From assembly GCA_964016885.1 (NCBI GenBank), contig OZ024749.1:19592001-19656000 (forward strand): DNA of 64,000 nt, read 5' to 3'. Under the pieces are notes generated by a model, which did not search any database, was not told the DNA's origin, and saw nothing but the letters and a program-made list of their open reading frames with translations. Source of the DNA: Eledone cirrhosa (taxonomy: Eukaryota). The position numbers were made by a program, and so were the translations under genes. Shown piece by piece: positions 1 to 16,400 of the stretch (positions within the stretch are counted from its first letter, which is position 1; every line of letters begins with the position of its first letter).

Positions 1-3000
1 AATAACTGTATTTACACTGTTAATAACTGTATTTACACTGTTAATGACTGTATTTACACTATCTATACATTGTTAATGACTGTATTTACACTATCTATAC
101 ACTGTTAATGACTGTATTTACACTATCTATACACTGTTAATGACTGTATTTACAGTATCTATACACTGTTAATAACTGTATTTACACTATCTATACACTG
201 TTAATAACTGTATTTACACTATCTATACACTGTTAATGACTGTATTTACACTATCTATACATTGTTAATGACTGTATTTACACTATCTATACACTGTTAA
301 TGTCTGTATTTACACTATTTATACACTGTTAATAACTGTATTTACACTATCTATACACTGTTAATGACTGTATTTACACTATCTATACACTGTTAATGAC
401 TGTATTTACACTATCTATACACTGTTAATGACTGTATTTACACTATCTATACACTGTTAATGACTGTATTTACATTATCTATACACTGTTAATGACTGTA
501 TTTACACTATCTATACACTGTTAATGACTGTATTTACACTATCTATACATTGTTAATGACTGTATTTACACTATCTATACACTGTTAATGACTGTATTTA
601 CACTATCTATACACTGTTAATGACTGTATTTACACTATCTATACACCGTTAATGACTGTATTTACATTATCTATACACTGTTAATGACTGTATTTACACT
701 ATCTATACACCGTTAATGACTGTATTTACATTATCTATACACTGTTAATGACTGTATTTACACTATCTATACACTGTAAATAACTGTATTTACACTATCT
801 ATACATTGTTAATAACTGTATTTACACTATCTATACACTGTTAATGACTGTATTTACACTATCTATGCACTGTTAATGACTGTATTTACACTATCTATAC
901 ACTGTTAATGACTGTATTTACACTATCTATACATTGTTAATGACTGTATTTACACTATCTATACACTGTTAATAACTGTATTTACACTATCTATACACTG
1001 TTAATGACTGTATTTACACTATCTATACATTGTTAATGACTGTATTTATACTATCTATACATTGTTAATGACTGTATTTACACTATCTATACACTGTTAA
1101 TGACTGTATTTACACTATCCATACATTGTTAATGACTGTATTTACACTATCTATACACTGTTAATGACTGTATTTACACTATTTATATACTGTTAATAAC
1201 TGTATTTACACTATCTATACACTGTTAATGACTGTATTTACACTATCTATACACTGTTAATGACTGTATTTACACTATCTATACACTGTTAATAACTGTA
1301 TTTACACTATCTATACATTGTTAATGACTGTATTTACACTATCTATACACTGTTAATGACTGTATTTACACTATCTATACACTGTTAATAACTGTATTTA
1401 CACTATCTATACACTGTTAATGACTGTATTTACACTATCTATACATTGTTAATGACTGTATTTACACTATCTATACACTGTTAATGTCTGTATTTACACT
1501 ATTTATACACTGTTAATAACTGTATTTACACTATCTATACACTGTTAATGACTGTATTTACACTATCTATACACTGTTAATGACTGTATTTACACTATCT
1601 ATACACTGTTAATGACTGTATTTACAATATCTATACACTGTTAATGACTGTATTTACACTATCTATACATTGTTAATGACTGTATTTACACTATCTATAC
1701 ACTGTTAATGACTGTATTTACACTATCTATACACTGTTAATGACTGTATTTACACTATCTATACATTGTTAATGACTGTATTTACACTATCTATACACTA
1801 TTAATGACTGTATTTACACTATCTATACACTGTTAATGACTGTATTTACGCTATCTATACACTGTTAATGACTGTATTTACACTATCTATACACTGTTAA
1901 TGACTGTATTTACACTATCTATACACTGTTAATGACTGTATTTACACTATCTATACACTGTTAATGACTGTATTTACACTATCTATACATTGTTAATGAC
2001 TGTATTTACACTATCTATACACTGTTAATGACTGTATTTACACTATCTATACACTGTTAATGACCGTATTTACACTATCTATACATTGTTAATGACTGTA
2101 TTTACACTATCTATACACTGTTAATGACTGTATTTACACTATCTATACACTGTCAATGACTGTATTTACGCTATCTATACACTGTTAATGACTGTATTTA
2201 CACTATCTATACACTGTTAATGACTGTATTTACACTATCTATACACTATTAATAACTGTATTTACACTATCTATACACTGTTAATGACTGTATTTACACT
2301 ATCTATACACTGTTAATAACTGTATTTACACTATCTATACACTGTTAATAACTGTATTTACACTATTTATATACTGTTAATAACTGTATTTACACTATCT
2401 ATACACTGTTAATGACTGTATTTACACTATCTATACACTGTTAATGACTGTATTTACACTATCTATACACTGTTAATGACTGTATTTACACTATCTATAC
2501 ACCGTTAATGACTGTATTTACATTATCTATACACTGTTAATGACTGTATTTACACTATCTATACACCGTTAATGACTGTATTTACATTATCTATACACTG
2601 TTAATGACTGTATTTACACTATCTATACACTGTTAATGACTGTATTTACACTATCTATACACTGTTAATAACTGTATTTACACTATCTATACACTGTTAA
2701 TGACTGTATTTACACTATCTATACACTGTTAATAACTGTATTTACACTGTTAATAACTGTATTTACACTGTTAATGACTGTATTTACACTATCTATACAT
2801 TGTTAATGACTGTATTTACACTATCTATACACTGTTAATGACTGTATTTACACTATCTATACACTGTTAATGACTGTATTTACAGTATCTATACACTGTT
2901 AATAACTGTATTTACACTATCTATACACTGTTAATAACTGTATTTACACTATCTATACACTGTTAATGACTGTATTTACACTATCTATACATTGTTAATG

Positions 3001-4719
3001 ACTGTATTTACACTATCTATACACTGTTAATGTCTGTATTTACACTATTTATACACTGTTAATAACTGTATTTACACTATCTATACACTGTTAATGACTG
3101 TATTTACACTATCTATACACTGTTAATGACTGTATTTACACTATCTATACACTGTTAATGACTGTATTTACACTATCTATACACTGTTAATGACTGTATT
3201 TACATTATCTATACACTGTTAATGACTGTATTTACACTATCTATACACTGTTAATGACTGTATTTACACTATCTATACATTGTTAATGACTGTATTTACA
3301 CTATCTATACACTGTTAATGACTGTATTTACACTATCTATACACTGTTAATGACTGTATTTACACTATCTATACACCGTTAATGACTGTATTTACATTAT
3401 CTATACACTGTTAATGACTGTATTTACACTATCTATACACCGTTAATGACTGTATTTACATTATCTATACACTGTTAATGACTGTATTTACACTATCTAT
3501 ACACTGTAAATAACTGTATTTACACTATCTATACATTGTTAATAACTGTATTTACACTATCTATACACTGTTAATGACTGTATTTACACTATCTATGCAC
3601 TGTTAATGACTGTATTTACACTATCTATACACTGTTAATGACTGTATTTACACTATCTATACATTGTTAATGACTGTATTTACACTATCTATACACTGTT
3701 AATAACTGTATTTACACTATCTATACACTGTTAATGACTGTATTTACACTATCTATACATTGTTAATGACTGTATTTATACTATCTATACATTGTTAATG
3801 ACTGTATTTACACTATCTATACACTGTTAATGACTGTATTTACACTATCCATACATTGTTAATGACTGTATTTACACTATCTATACACTGTTAATGACTG
3901 TATTTACACTATTTATATACTGTTAATAACTGTATTTACACTATCTATACACTGTTAATGACTGTATTTACACTATCTATACACTGTTAATGACTGTATT
4001 TACACTATCTATACACTGTTAATAACTGTATTTACACTATCTATACATTGTTAATGACTGTATTTACACTATCTATACACTGTTAATGACTGTATTTACA
4101 CTATCTATACACTGTTAATAACTGTATTTACACTATCTATACACTGTTAATGACTGTATTTACACTATCTATACATTGTTAATGACTGTATTTACACTAT
4201 CTATACACTGTTAATGTCTGTATTTACACTATTTATACACTGTTAATAACTGTATTTACACTATCTATACACTGTTAATGACTGTATTTACACTATCTAT
4301 ACACTGTTAATGACTGTATTTACACTATCTATACACTGTTAATGACTGTATTTACAATATCTATACACTGTTAATGACTGTATTTACACTATCTATACAT
4401 TGTTAATGACTGTATTTACACTATCTATACACTGTTAATGACTGTATTTACACTATCTATACACTGTTAATGACTGTATTTACACTATCTATACATTGTT
4501 AATGACTGTATTTACACTATCTATACACTATTAATGACTGTATTTACACTATCTATACACTGTTAATGACTGTATTTACGCTATCTATACACTGTTAATG
4601 ACTGTATTTACACTATCTATACACTGTTAATGACTGTATTTACACTATCTATACACTGTTAATGACTGTATTTACACTATCTATACACTGTTAATGACTG
4701 TATTTACACTATCTATACA
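1..4719. repeat. Higher-order duplication: 1-1989 repeated at 2731-4719 (offset 2730 = 84 x 32 + 2 x 21)
   Basis: Rare variants recur at offset 2730: the 21-mer pair (1/2731), TACAGT (151/2881), ACACTGTAAA (771/3501), ATCTATGCAC (861/3591), TACACTATCC (1111/3841), TTTACAATAT (1621/4351) and TGTATTTACG (1841/4571). The first mismatch I noticed is at 1990/4720. Confidence 0.9.
2725..2766. repeat. Pair of truncated 21-bp monomers (ACTGTTAATAACTGTATTTAC)x2, one of ten occurrences
   Basis: Both units lack the third sub-repeat ACTATCTATAC. The same pair occurs at 1-36 (partial), 5135, 7189, 9631, 13955, 17931, 23701, 29887 and 34979. Confidence 0.92.
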
Positions 4720-7188
4720 CTGTTAATGACTGTATTTACACTATCTATACACTGTTAATAACTGTATTTACACTATTTATACACTGTTAATAACTGTATT
4801 TATACTATCTATACACTGTTAATGACTGTATTTACACTATCTATACACTGTTAATGACTGTATTTACACTATCTATACACTGTTAATGACTGTATTTACA
4901 CTATCTATACACCGTTAATGACTGTATTTACATTATCTATACACTGTTAATGACTGTATTTACACTATCTATACACCGTTAATGACTGTATTTACATTAT
5001 CTATACACTGTTAATGACTGTATTTACACTATCTATACACTGTTAATGACTGTATTTACACTATCTATACACTGTTAATAACTGTATTTACACTATCTAT
5101 ACACTGTTAATGACTGTATTTACACTATCTATACACTGTTAATAACTGTATTTACACTGTTAATAACTGTATTTACACTGTTAATGACTGTATTTAGACT
5201 ATCTATACATTGTTAATGACTGTATTTACACTATCTATACACTGTTAATGACTGTATTTACACTATCTATACACTGTTAATGACTGTATTTACACTATCT
5301 ATACACTGTTAATGACTGTATTTACACTATCTATACACTGTTAATGACTGTATTTACACTATCTATAGATTGTTAATGACTGTATTTACACTATCTATAC
5401 ACTGTTAATGACTGTATTTACACTATATACTGTTAATGACTGTATTTACACTATCTATACACTGTTAATGACTGTATTTACACTATCTATAGACTGTTAA
5501 TGACTGTATTTACACTATCTATACACTGTTAATGACTGTATTTACACTATCTATACATTGTTAATGACTGTATTTACACTATCTATACACTGTTAATGTC
5601 TGTATTTACACTATTTATACACTGTTAATAACTGTATTTACACTATCTATACACTGTTAATGACTGTATTTACACTATCTATACACTGTTAATGACTGTA
5701 TTTACACTATCTATACATTGTTAATAACTGTATTTACACTATCTATACACTGTTAATGACTGTATTTACACTATCTATACACTGTTAATGACTGTATTTA
5801 CACTATCTATACACTGTTAATGACTGTATTTACACTATCTATTGACTGTTAATGACTGTATTTACACTATCTATACACTGTTAATGACTGTATTTACACT
5901 ATCTATACATTGTTAATAACTGTATTTACACTATCTATACATTGTTAATAACTGTATTTACACTATCTATACACTGTTAATGACTGTATTTACACTGTCT
6001 ATACACTGTTAATGACTGTATTTACACTATCTATACATTGTTAATGACTGTATTTACACTATCTATACACTATTAATGACTGTATTTACACTATCTATAC
6101 ACTGTTAATGACTGTATTTACACTATCTATACACTGTTAATGACTGTATTTACATTATCTATACACTGTTAATGACTGTATTTACACTATCTATACACTG
6201 TTAATGACTGTATTTACACTATCTATACATTGTTAATGACTGTATTTACACTATCTATACACTGTTAATGACTGTATTTACACTATCTATACACTGTTAA
6301 TGACCGTATTTACACTATCTATACATTGTTAATGACTGTATTTACACTATCTATACACTGTCAATGACTGTATTTACGCTATCTATACACTGTTAATGAC
6401 TGTATTTACACTATCTATACACTGTTAATGACTGTATTTACACTATCTATACACTATTAATAACTGTATTTACACTATCTATACACTGTTAATGACTGTA
6501 TTTACACTATCTATACACTGTTAATAACTGTATTTACACTATCTATACACTGTTAATAACTGTATTTACACTATTTATATACTGTTAATAACTGTATTTA
6601 CACTATCTATACACTGTTAATGACTGTATTTACACTATCTATACACTGTTAATGACTGTATTTACACTATCTATACACTGTTAATAACTGTATTTACACT
6701 ATCTATACATTGTTAATAACTGTATTTACACTATCTATACACTGTTAATGACTGTATTTACACTATCTATACACTGTTAATGACTGTATTTACACTATCT
6801 ATACACTGTTAATAACTGTATTTACACTATTTATACACTGTTAATAACTGTATTTATACTATCTATACACTGTTAATGACTGTATTTACACTATCTATAC
6901 ACTGTTAATGACTGTATTTACACTATCTATACACTGTTAATGACTGTATTTACACTATCTATACACCGTTAATGACTGTATTTACATTATCTATACACTG
7001 TTAATGACTGTATTTACACTATCTATACACCGTTAATGACTGTATTTACATTATCTATACACTGTTAATGACTGTATTTACACTATCTATACACTGTTAA
7101 TGACTGTATTTACACTATCTATACACTGTTAATAACTGTATTTACACTATCTATACACTGTTAATGACTGTATTTACACTATCTATAC

Positions 7189-10040
7189 ACTGTTAATAAC
7201 TGTATTTACACTGTTAATAACTGTATTTACACTGTTAATGACTGTATTTACACTATCTATACATTGTTAATGACTGTATTTACACTATCTATACACTGTT
7301 AATGACTGTATTTACACTATCTATACACTGTTAATGACTGTATTTACAGTATCTATACACTGTTAATAACTGTATTTACACTATCTATACACTGTTAATA
7401 ACTGTATTTACACTATCTATACACTGTTAATGACTGTATTTACACTATCTATACATTGTTAATGACTGTATTTACACTATCTATACACTGTTAATGTCTG
7501 TATTTACACTATTTATACACTGTTAATAACTGTATTTACACTATCTATACACTGTTAATGACTGTATTTACACTATCTATACACTGTTAATGACTGTATT
7601 TACACTATCTATACACTGTTAATGACTGTATTTACACTATCTATACACTGTTAATGACTGTATTTACATTATCTATACACTGTTAATGACTGTATTTACA
7701 CTATCTATACACTGTTAATGACTGTATTTACACTATCTATACATTGTTAATGACTGTATTTACACTATCTATACACTGTTAATGACTGTATTTACACTAT
7801 CTATACACTGTTAATGACTGTATTTACACTATCTATACACCGTTAATGACTGTATTTACATTATCTATACACTGTTAATGACTGTATTTACACTATCTAT
7901 ACACCGTTAATGACTGTATTTACATTATCTATACACTGTTAATGACTGTATTTACACTATCTATACACTGTAAATAACTGTATTTACACTATCTATACAT
8001 TGTTAATAACTGTATTTACACTATCTATACACTGTTAATGACTGTATTTACACTATCTATGCACTGTTAATGACTGTATTTACACTATCTATACACTGTT
8101 AATGACTGTATTTACACTATCTATACATTGTTAATGACTGTATTTACACTATCTATACACTGTTAATAACTGTATTTACACTATCTATACACTGTTAATG
8201 ACTGTATTTACACTATCTATACATTGTTAATGACTGTATTTATACTATCTATACATTGTTAATGACTGTATTTACACTATCTATACACTGTTAATGACTG
8301 TATTTACACTATCCATACATTGTTAATGACTGTATTTACACTATCTATACACTGTTAATGACTGTATTTACACTATTTATATACTGTTAATAACTGTATT
8401 TACACTATCTATACACTGTTAATGACTGTATTTACACTATCTATACACTGTTAATGACTGTATTTACACTATCTATACACTGTTAATAACTGTATTTACA
8501 CTATCTATACATTGTTAATGACTGTATTTACACTATCTATACACTGTTAATGACTGTATTTACACTATCTATACACTGTTAATGACTGTATTTACACTAT
8601 CTATACACTGTTAATAACTGTATTTACACTATCTATACACTGTTAATGACTGTATTTACACTATCTATACATTGTTAATGACTGTATTTACACTATCTAT
8701 ACACTGTTAATGTCTGTATTTACACTATTTATACACTGTTAATAACTGTATTTACACTATCTATACACTGTTAATGACTGTATTTACACTATCTATACAC
8801 TGTTAATGACTGTATTTACACTATCTATACACTGTTAATGACTGTATTTACAATATCTATACACTGTTAATGACTGTATTTACACTATCTATACATTGTT
8901 AATGACTGTATTTACACTATCTATACACTGTTAATGACTGTATTTACACTATCTATACACTGTTAATGACTGTATTTACACTATCTATACATTGTTAATG
9001 ACTGTATTTACACTATCTATACACTATTAATGACTGTATTTACACTATCTATACACTGTTAATGACTGTATTTACGCTATCTATACACTGTTAATGACTG
9101 TATTTACACTATCTATACACTGTTAATGACTGTATTTACACTATCTATACACTGTTAATGACTGTATTTACACTATCTATACACTGTTAATGACTGTATT
9201 TACACTATCTATACACTGTTAATGACTGTATTTACACTATCTATACACTGTTAATAACTGTATTTACACTATTTATACACTGTTAATAACTGTATTTATA
9301 CTATCTATACACTGTTAATGACTGTATTTACACTATCTATACACTGTTAATGACTGTATTTACACTATCTATACACTGTTAATGACTGTATTTACACTAT
9401 CTATACACCGTTAATGACTGTATTTACATTATCTATACACTGTTAATGACTGTATTTACACTATCTATACACCGTTAATGACTGTATTTACATTATCTAT
9501 ACACTGTTAATGACTGTATTTACACTATCTATACACTGTTAATGACTGTATTTACACTATCTATACACTGTTAATAACTGTATTTACACTATCTATACAC
9601 TGTTAATGACTGTATTTACACTATCTATACACTGTTAATAACTGTATTTACACTGTTAATAACTGTATTTACACTGTTAATGACTGTATTTAGACTATCT
9701 ATACATTGTTAATGACTGTATTTACACTATCTATACACTGTTAATGACTGTATTTACACTATCTATACACTGTTAATGACTGTATTTACACTATCTATAC
9801 ACTGTTAATGACTGTATTTACACTATCTATACACTGTTAATGACTGTATTTACACTATCTATAGATTGTTAATGACTGTATTTACACTATCTATACACTG
9901 TTAATGACTGTATTTACACTATATACTGTTAATGACTGTATTTACACTATCTATACACTGTTAATGACTGTATTTACACTATCTATAGACTGTTAATGAC
10001 TGTATTTACACTATCTATACACTGTTAATGACTGTATTTA
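7189..10040. repeat. Further copy of block ~2725-5550 (offset 4464, then 4496 after one extra monomer)
   Basis: Shared markers are the 21-mer pairs (2725/7189 and 5135/9631), TACAGT (2881/7345), TTTAGACT after the second pair, TAGATTG, and a 4-bp deletion CACTATATACTGTT (5421/9917). Confidence 0.85.
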
Positions 10041-10429
10041 CACTATCTATACACTGTTAATGACTGTATTTACACTATCTATACACCGTTAATGACTGTA
10101 TTTACGCTATCTATACACCGTTAATGACTGTATTTACACTATCTATACACTGTTAATGACTGTATTTACACTATCTATACACTGTTAATGACTGTATTTA
10201 CACAATCTATACATTGTTAATGACTGTATTTACACTATCTATACACTGTTAATGACTGTATTTACACTATCTATACACTGTTAATGACTGTATTTACACC
10301 ATCTATACACTGTTAATGACTGTATTTACACTATCTATACACTGTTAATGACTGTATTTACACTATCTATACACTGTTAATGACTGTATTTACACTATCT
10401 ATACACTGTTAATGACTGTATTTACACTA

Positions 10430-13400
10430 TCTATACACCGTTAATGACTGTATTTACACTATCTATACACTGTTAATGACTGTATTAACATTATCTATAC
10501 ACTGTTAATGACTGTATTTACATTATCTATACACTGTTAATGACTGTATTTACACTATCTATACACTGTTAATGACTATTTACACTATCTATACATTGTT
10601 AATGACCGTATTTACACTATCTATACACTGTTAATGACTGTATTTACACTATCTATACACTGTCAATGACTGTATTTACGCTATCTATACACTGTTAATG
10701 ACTGTATTTACACTATCTATACACTGTTAATGACTGTATTTACACTATCTATACACTATTAATAACTGTATTTACACTATCTATACACTGTTAATGACTG
10801 TATTTACACTATCTATACACTGTTAATAACTGTATTTACACTATCTATACACTGTTAATAACTGTATTTACACTATCTATACACTGTTAATAACTGTATT
10901 TACACTATCTATACGTTGTTAATGACTGTATTTACACTATCTATACACTGTTAATAACTGTATTTACACTATCTATACACTGTTAATGACTGTATTTACA
11001 CTATCTATGCACTGTTAATGACTGTATTTACACTATCTATACACTGTTAATGACTGTATTTACACTATCTATACACTGTTAATGACTGTATTTACACTAT
11101 CTATACACCGTTAATGACTGTATTTACACTATCTATACACTGTTAATAACTGTATTTACACTATCTATACACTGTTAATGACTGTATTTACACTATTTAT
11201 ATACTGTTAATAACTGTATTTACACTATCTATACACTGTTAATGACTGTATTTACACTATCTATACACTGTTAATGACTGTATTTACACTATCTATACAC
11301 TGTTAATAACTGTATTTACACTATCTATACATTGTTAATAACTGTATTTACACTATCTATACACTGTTAATGAGTGTATTTACACTATCTATACACTGTT
11401 AATGACTGTATTTACACTATCTATACACTGTTAATAACTGTATTTACACTATCTATACACTGTTAATGACTGTATTTACACTATCTATACACTGTTAATG
11501 ACTGTATTTACACTATCTATACACTGTAAATAACTGTATTTACACTATCTATACATTGTTAATAACTGTATTTACACTATCTATACACTGTTAATGACTG
11601 TATTTACACTATCTATACACTGTTAATGACTGTATTTACACTATCTATACACTGTAAATAACTGTATTTACACTATCTATACATTGTTAATAACTGTATT
11701 TACACTATCTATACACTGTTAATGACTGTATTTACACTATCTATACACTGTTAATGACTGTATTTACACTATCTATACACTGTAAATAACTGTATTTACA
11801 CTATCTATACATTGTTAATAACTGTATTTACACTATCTATACATTGTTAATGACTGTATTTACACTATCTATACACTGTTAATAACTGTATTTACACTAT
11901 CTATACACTGTTAATAACTGTATTTACACTATCTATACACTGTTAATGACTGTATTTACACTATCTATACACTATTAATAACTGTATTTACACTATCTAT
12001 ACACTGTTAATGACTGTATTTACACTATCTATACACTGTTAATAACTGTATTTACACTATCTATACACTGTTAATAACTGTATTTACACTATCTATACGT
12101 TGTTAATGACTGTATTTACACTATCTATACACTGTTAATGACTGTATTTACACTATCTATACACTGTTAATGACTGTATTTACACTATCTATGCACTGTT
12201 AATGACTGTATTTACACTATCTATACACTGTTAATGATTGTATTTACACTATCTATACACCGTTAATGACTGTATTTACACTATCTATACACTGTTAATA
12301 ACTGTATTTACACTATCTATACACTGTTATTGACTGTATTTACACCAGCTATACATTGTTAATGACTGTATTTACACTATCTATACACCGTTAATGACTG
12401 TATTTACATTATCTATACACTGTTAATGACTGTATTTATCCTATCTATACACCGTTAATGACTGTATTTACATTATCTATACACTGTTAATGATTGTATT
12501 TACACTATCTATACACTGTTAATGACTGCATTTACACTATCTATACACCGTTAATGACTGTATTTACACTATCTATACACTGTTAATAACTGTATTTACA
12601 CTATCTATACACTGTTAATGACTGTATTTACACTATTTATATACTGTTAATAACTGTATTTACACTATCTATACACTGTTAATGACTGTATTTACACTAT
12701 CTATACACTGTTAATGACTGTATTTACACTATCTATACACTGTTAATAACTGTATTTACACTATCTATACATTGTTAATGACTGTATTTACACTATCTAT
12801 ACACTGTTAATGACTGTATTTACACTATCTATACACTGTTAATAACTGTATTTACACTATCTATACACTGTTAATAACTGTATTTACACTATCTATACAC
12901 TGTTAATGACTGTATTTACACTATCTATACATTGTTAATGACTGTATTTACACTATCTATACACTGTTAATGTCTGTATTTACACTATTTATACACTGTT
13001 AATAACTGTATTTACACTATCTATACACTGTTAATGACTGTATTTACACTATCTATACATTGTTAATGACTGTATTTACACTATCTATACACTGTTAATA
13101 ACTGTATTTACACTATCTATACACTGTTAATGACTGTATTTACACTATCTATACATTGTTAATGACTGTATTTATACTATCTATACACTGTTAATGACTG
13201 TATTTACACTATCTATACACTGTTAATGACTGTATTTACACTATCCATACATTGTTAATGACTGTATTTACACTATCTATACACTGTTAATGACTGTATT
13301 TACACTATTTATATACTGTTAATAACTGTATTTACACTATCTATACACTGTTAATGACTGTATTTACACTATCTATACACTGTTAATGACTGTATTTACA

Positions 13401-16400
13401 CTATCTATACACTGTTAATAACTGTATTTACACTATCTATACATTGTTAATGACTGTATTTACACTATCTATACACTGTTAATGACTGTATTTACACTAT
13501 CTATACACTGTTAATGACTGTATTTACACTATCTATACACTGTTAATAACTGTATTTACACTATCTATACACTGTTAATAACTGTATTTACACTATCTAT
13601 ACACTGTTAATGACTGTATTTACACTATCTATACATTGTTAATGACTGTATTTACACTATCTATACACTGTTAATGTCTGTATTTACACTATTTATACAC
13701 TGTTAATAACTGTATTTACACTATCTATACACTGTTAATGACTGTATTTACACTATCTATACACTGTTAATGACTGTATTTACACTATCTATACACTGTT
13801 AATGACTGTATTTACACTATCTATACACTGTTAATGACTGTATTTACACTATCTATACACTGTTAATGACTGTATTTACACTATCTATACACTGTTAATG
13901 ACTGTATTTACACTATCTATACACTGTTAATGACTGTATTTACACTATCTATACACTGTTAATAACTGTATTTACACTGTTAATAACTGTATTTACACTG
14001 TTAATGACTGTATTTACACTATCTATACATTGTTAATGACTGTATTTACACTATCTATACACTGTTAATGACTGTATTTACACTATCTATACACTGTTAA
14101 TGACTGTATTTACAGTATCTATACACTGTTAATAACTGTATTTACACTATCTATACACTGTTAATAACTGTATTTACACTATCTATACACTGTTAATGAC
14201 TGTATTTACACTATCTATACATTGTTAATGACTGTATTTACACTATCTATACACCGTTAATGACTGTATTTACACTATCTATACACTGTTAATGACTGTA
14301 TTAACATTATCTATACACTGTTAATGACTGTATTTACATTATCTATACACTGTTAATGATTGTATTTACACTATCTATACACTGTTAATGACTATTTACA
14401 CTATCTATACATTGTTAATGACCGTATTTACACTATCTATACACTGTTAATGACTGTATTTACACTATCTATACACTGTCAATGACTGTATTTACGCTAT
14501 CTATACACTGTTAATGACTGTATTTACACTATCTATACACTGTTAATGACTGTATTTACACTATCTATACACTATTAATAACTGTATTTACACTATCTAT
14601 ACACTGTTAATGACTGTATTTACACTATCTATACACTGTTAATAACTGTATTTACACTATCTATACACTGTTAATAACTGTATTTACACTATCTATACAC
14701 TGTTAATAACTGTATTTACACTATCTATACGTTGTTAATGACTGTATTTACACTATCTATACACTGTTAATAACTGTATTTACACTATCTATACACTGTT
14801 AATGACTGTATTTACACTATCTATGCACTGTTAATGACTGTATTTACACTATCTATACACTGTTAATGACTGTATTTACACTATCTATACACTGTTAATG
14901 ACTGTATTTACACTATCTATACACCGTTAATGACTGTATTTACACTATCTATACACTGTTAATAACTGTATTTACACTATCTATACACTGTTATTGACTG
15001 TATTTACACCATCTATACATTGTTAATGACTGTATTTACACTATCTATACACCGTTAATGACTGTATTTACATTATCTATACACTGTTAATGACTGTATT
15101 TATCCTATCTATACACCGTTAATGACTGTATTTACATTATCTATACACTGTTAATGACTGTATTTACACTATCTATACACTGTTAATGACTGTATTTACA
15201 CTATCTATACACCGTTAATGACTGTATTTACACTATCTATACACTGTTAATAACTGTATTTACACTATCTATACACTGTTAATGACTGTATTTACACTAT
15301 TTATGTTCTGTTAATAACTGTATTTACACTATCTATACACTGTTAATGACTGTATTTACACTATCTATACACTGTTAATGACTGTATTTACACTATCTAT
15401 ACACTGTTAATAACTGTATTTACACTATCTATACATTGTTAATAACTGTATTTACACTATCTATACACTGTTAATGACTGTATTTACACTATCTATACAC
15501 TGTTAATGACTGTATTTACACTATCTATACACTGTTAATAACTGTATTTACACTATCTATACACTGTTAATGACTGTATTTACACTATCTATACACTGTT
15601 AATGACTGTATTTACACTATCTATACACTGTAAATAACTGTATTTACACTATCTATACATTGTTAATAACTGTATTTACACTATCTATACACTGTTAATG
15701 ACTGTATTTACACTATCTATACACTGTTAATGACTGTATTTACACTATCTATACAGTGTAAATAACTGTATTTACACTATCTATACATTGTTAATAACTG
15801 TATTTACACTATCTATACACTGTTAATGACTGTATTTACACTATCTATACACTGTTAATGACTGTATTTACACTATCTATACACTGTAAATAACTGTATT
15901 TACACTATCTATACATTGTTAATAACTGTATTTACACTATCTATACATTGTTAATGACTGTATTTACACTATCTATACACTGTTAATAACTGTATTTACA
16001 CTATCTATACACTGTTAATAACTGTATTTACACTATCTATACACTGTTAATGACTGTATTTACACTATCTATACACTATTAATAACTGTATTTACACTAT
16101 CTATACACTGTTAATGACTGTATTTACACTATCTATACACTGTTAATAACTGTATTTACACTATCTATACACTGTTAATAACTGTATTTACACTATCTAT
16201 ACGTTGTTAATGACTGTATTTACACTATCTATACACTGTTAATGACTGTATTTACACTATCTATACACTGTTAATGACTGTATTTACACTATCTATGCAC
16301 TGTTAATGACTGTATTTACACTATCTATACACTGTTAATGATTGTATTTACACTATCTATACACCGTTAATGACTGTATTTACACTATCTATACACTGTT

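Noticed and set aside
143-156. LexA/SOS box or bacterial promoter-like motifs
   Set aside because: CTGT and ACAG are 4 bp apart rather than 8, there is no adjacent gene, and TATA-like words are expected in a 72% AT repeat.
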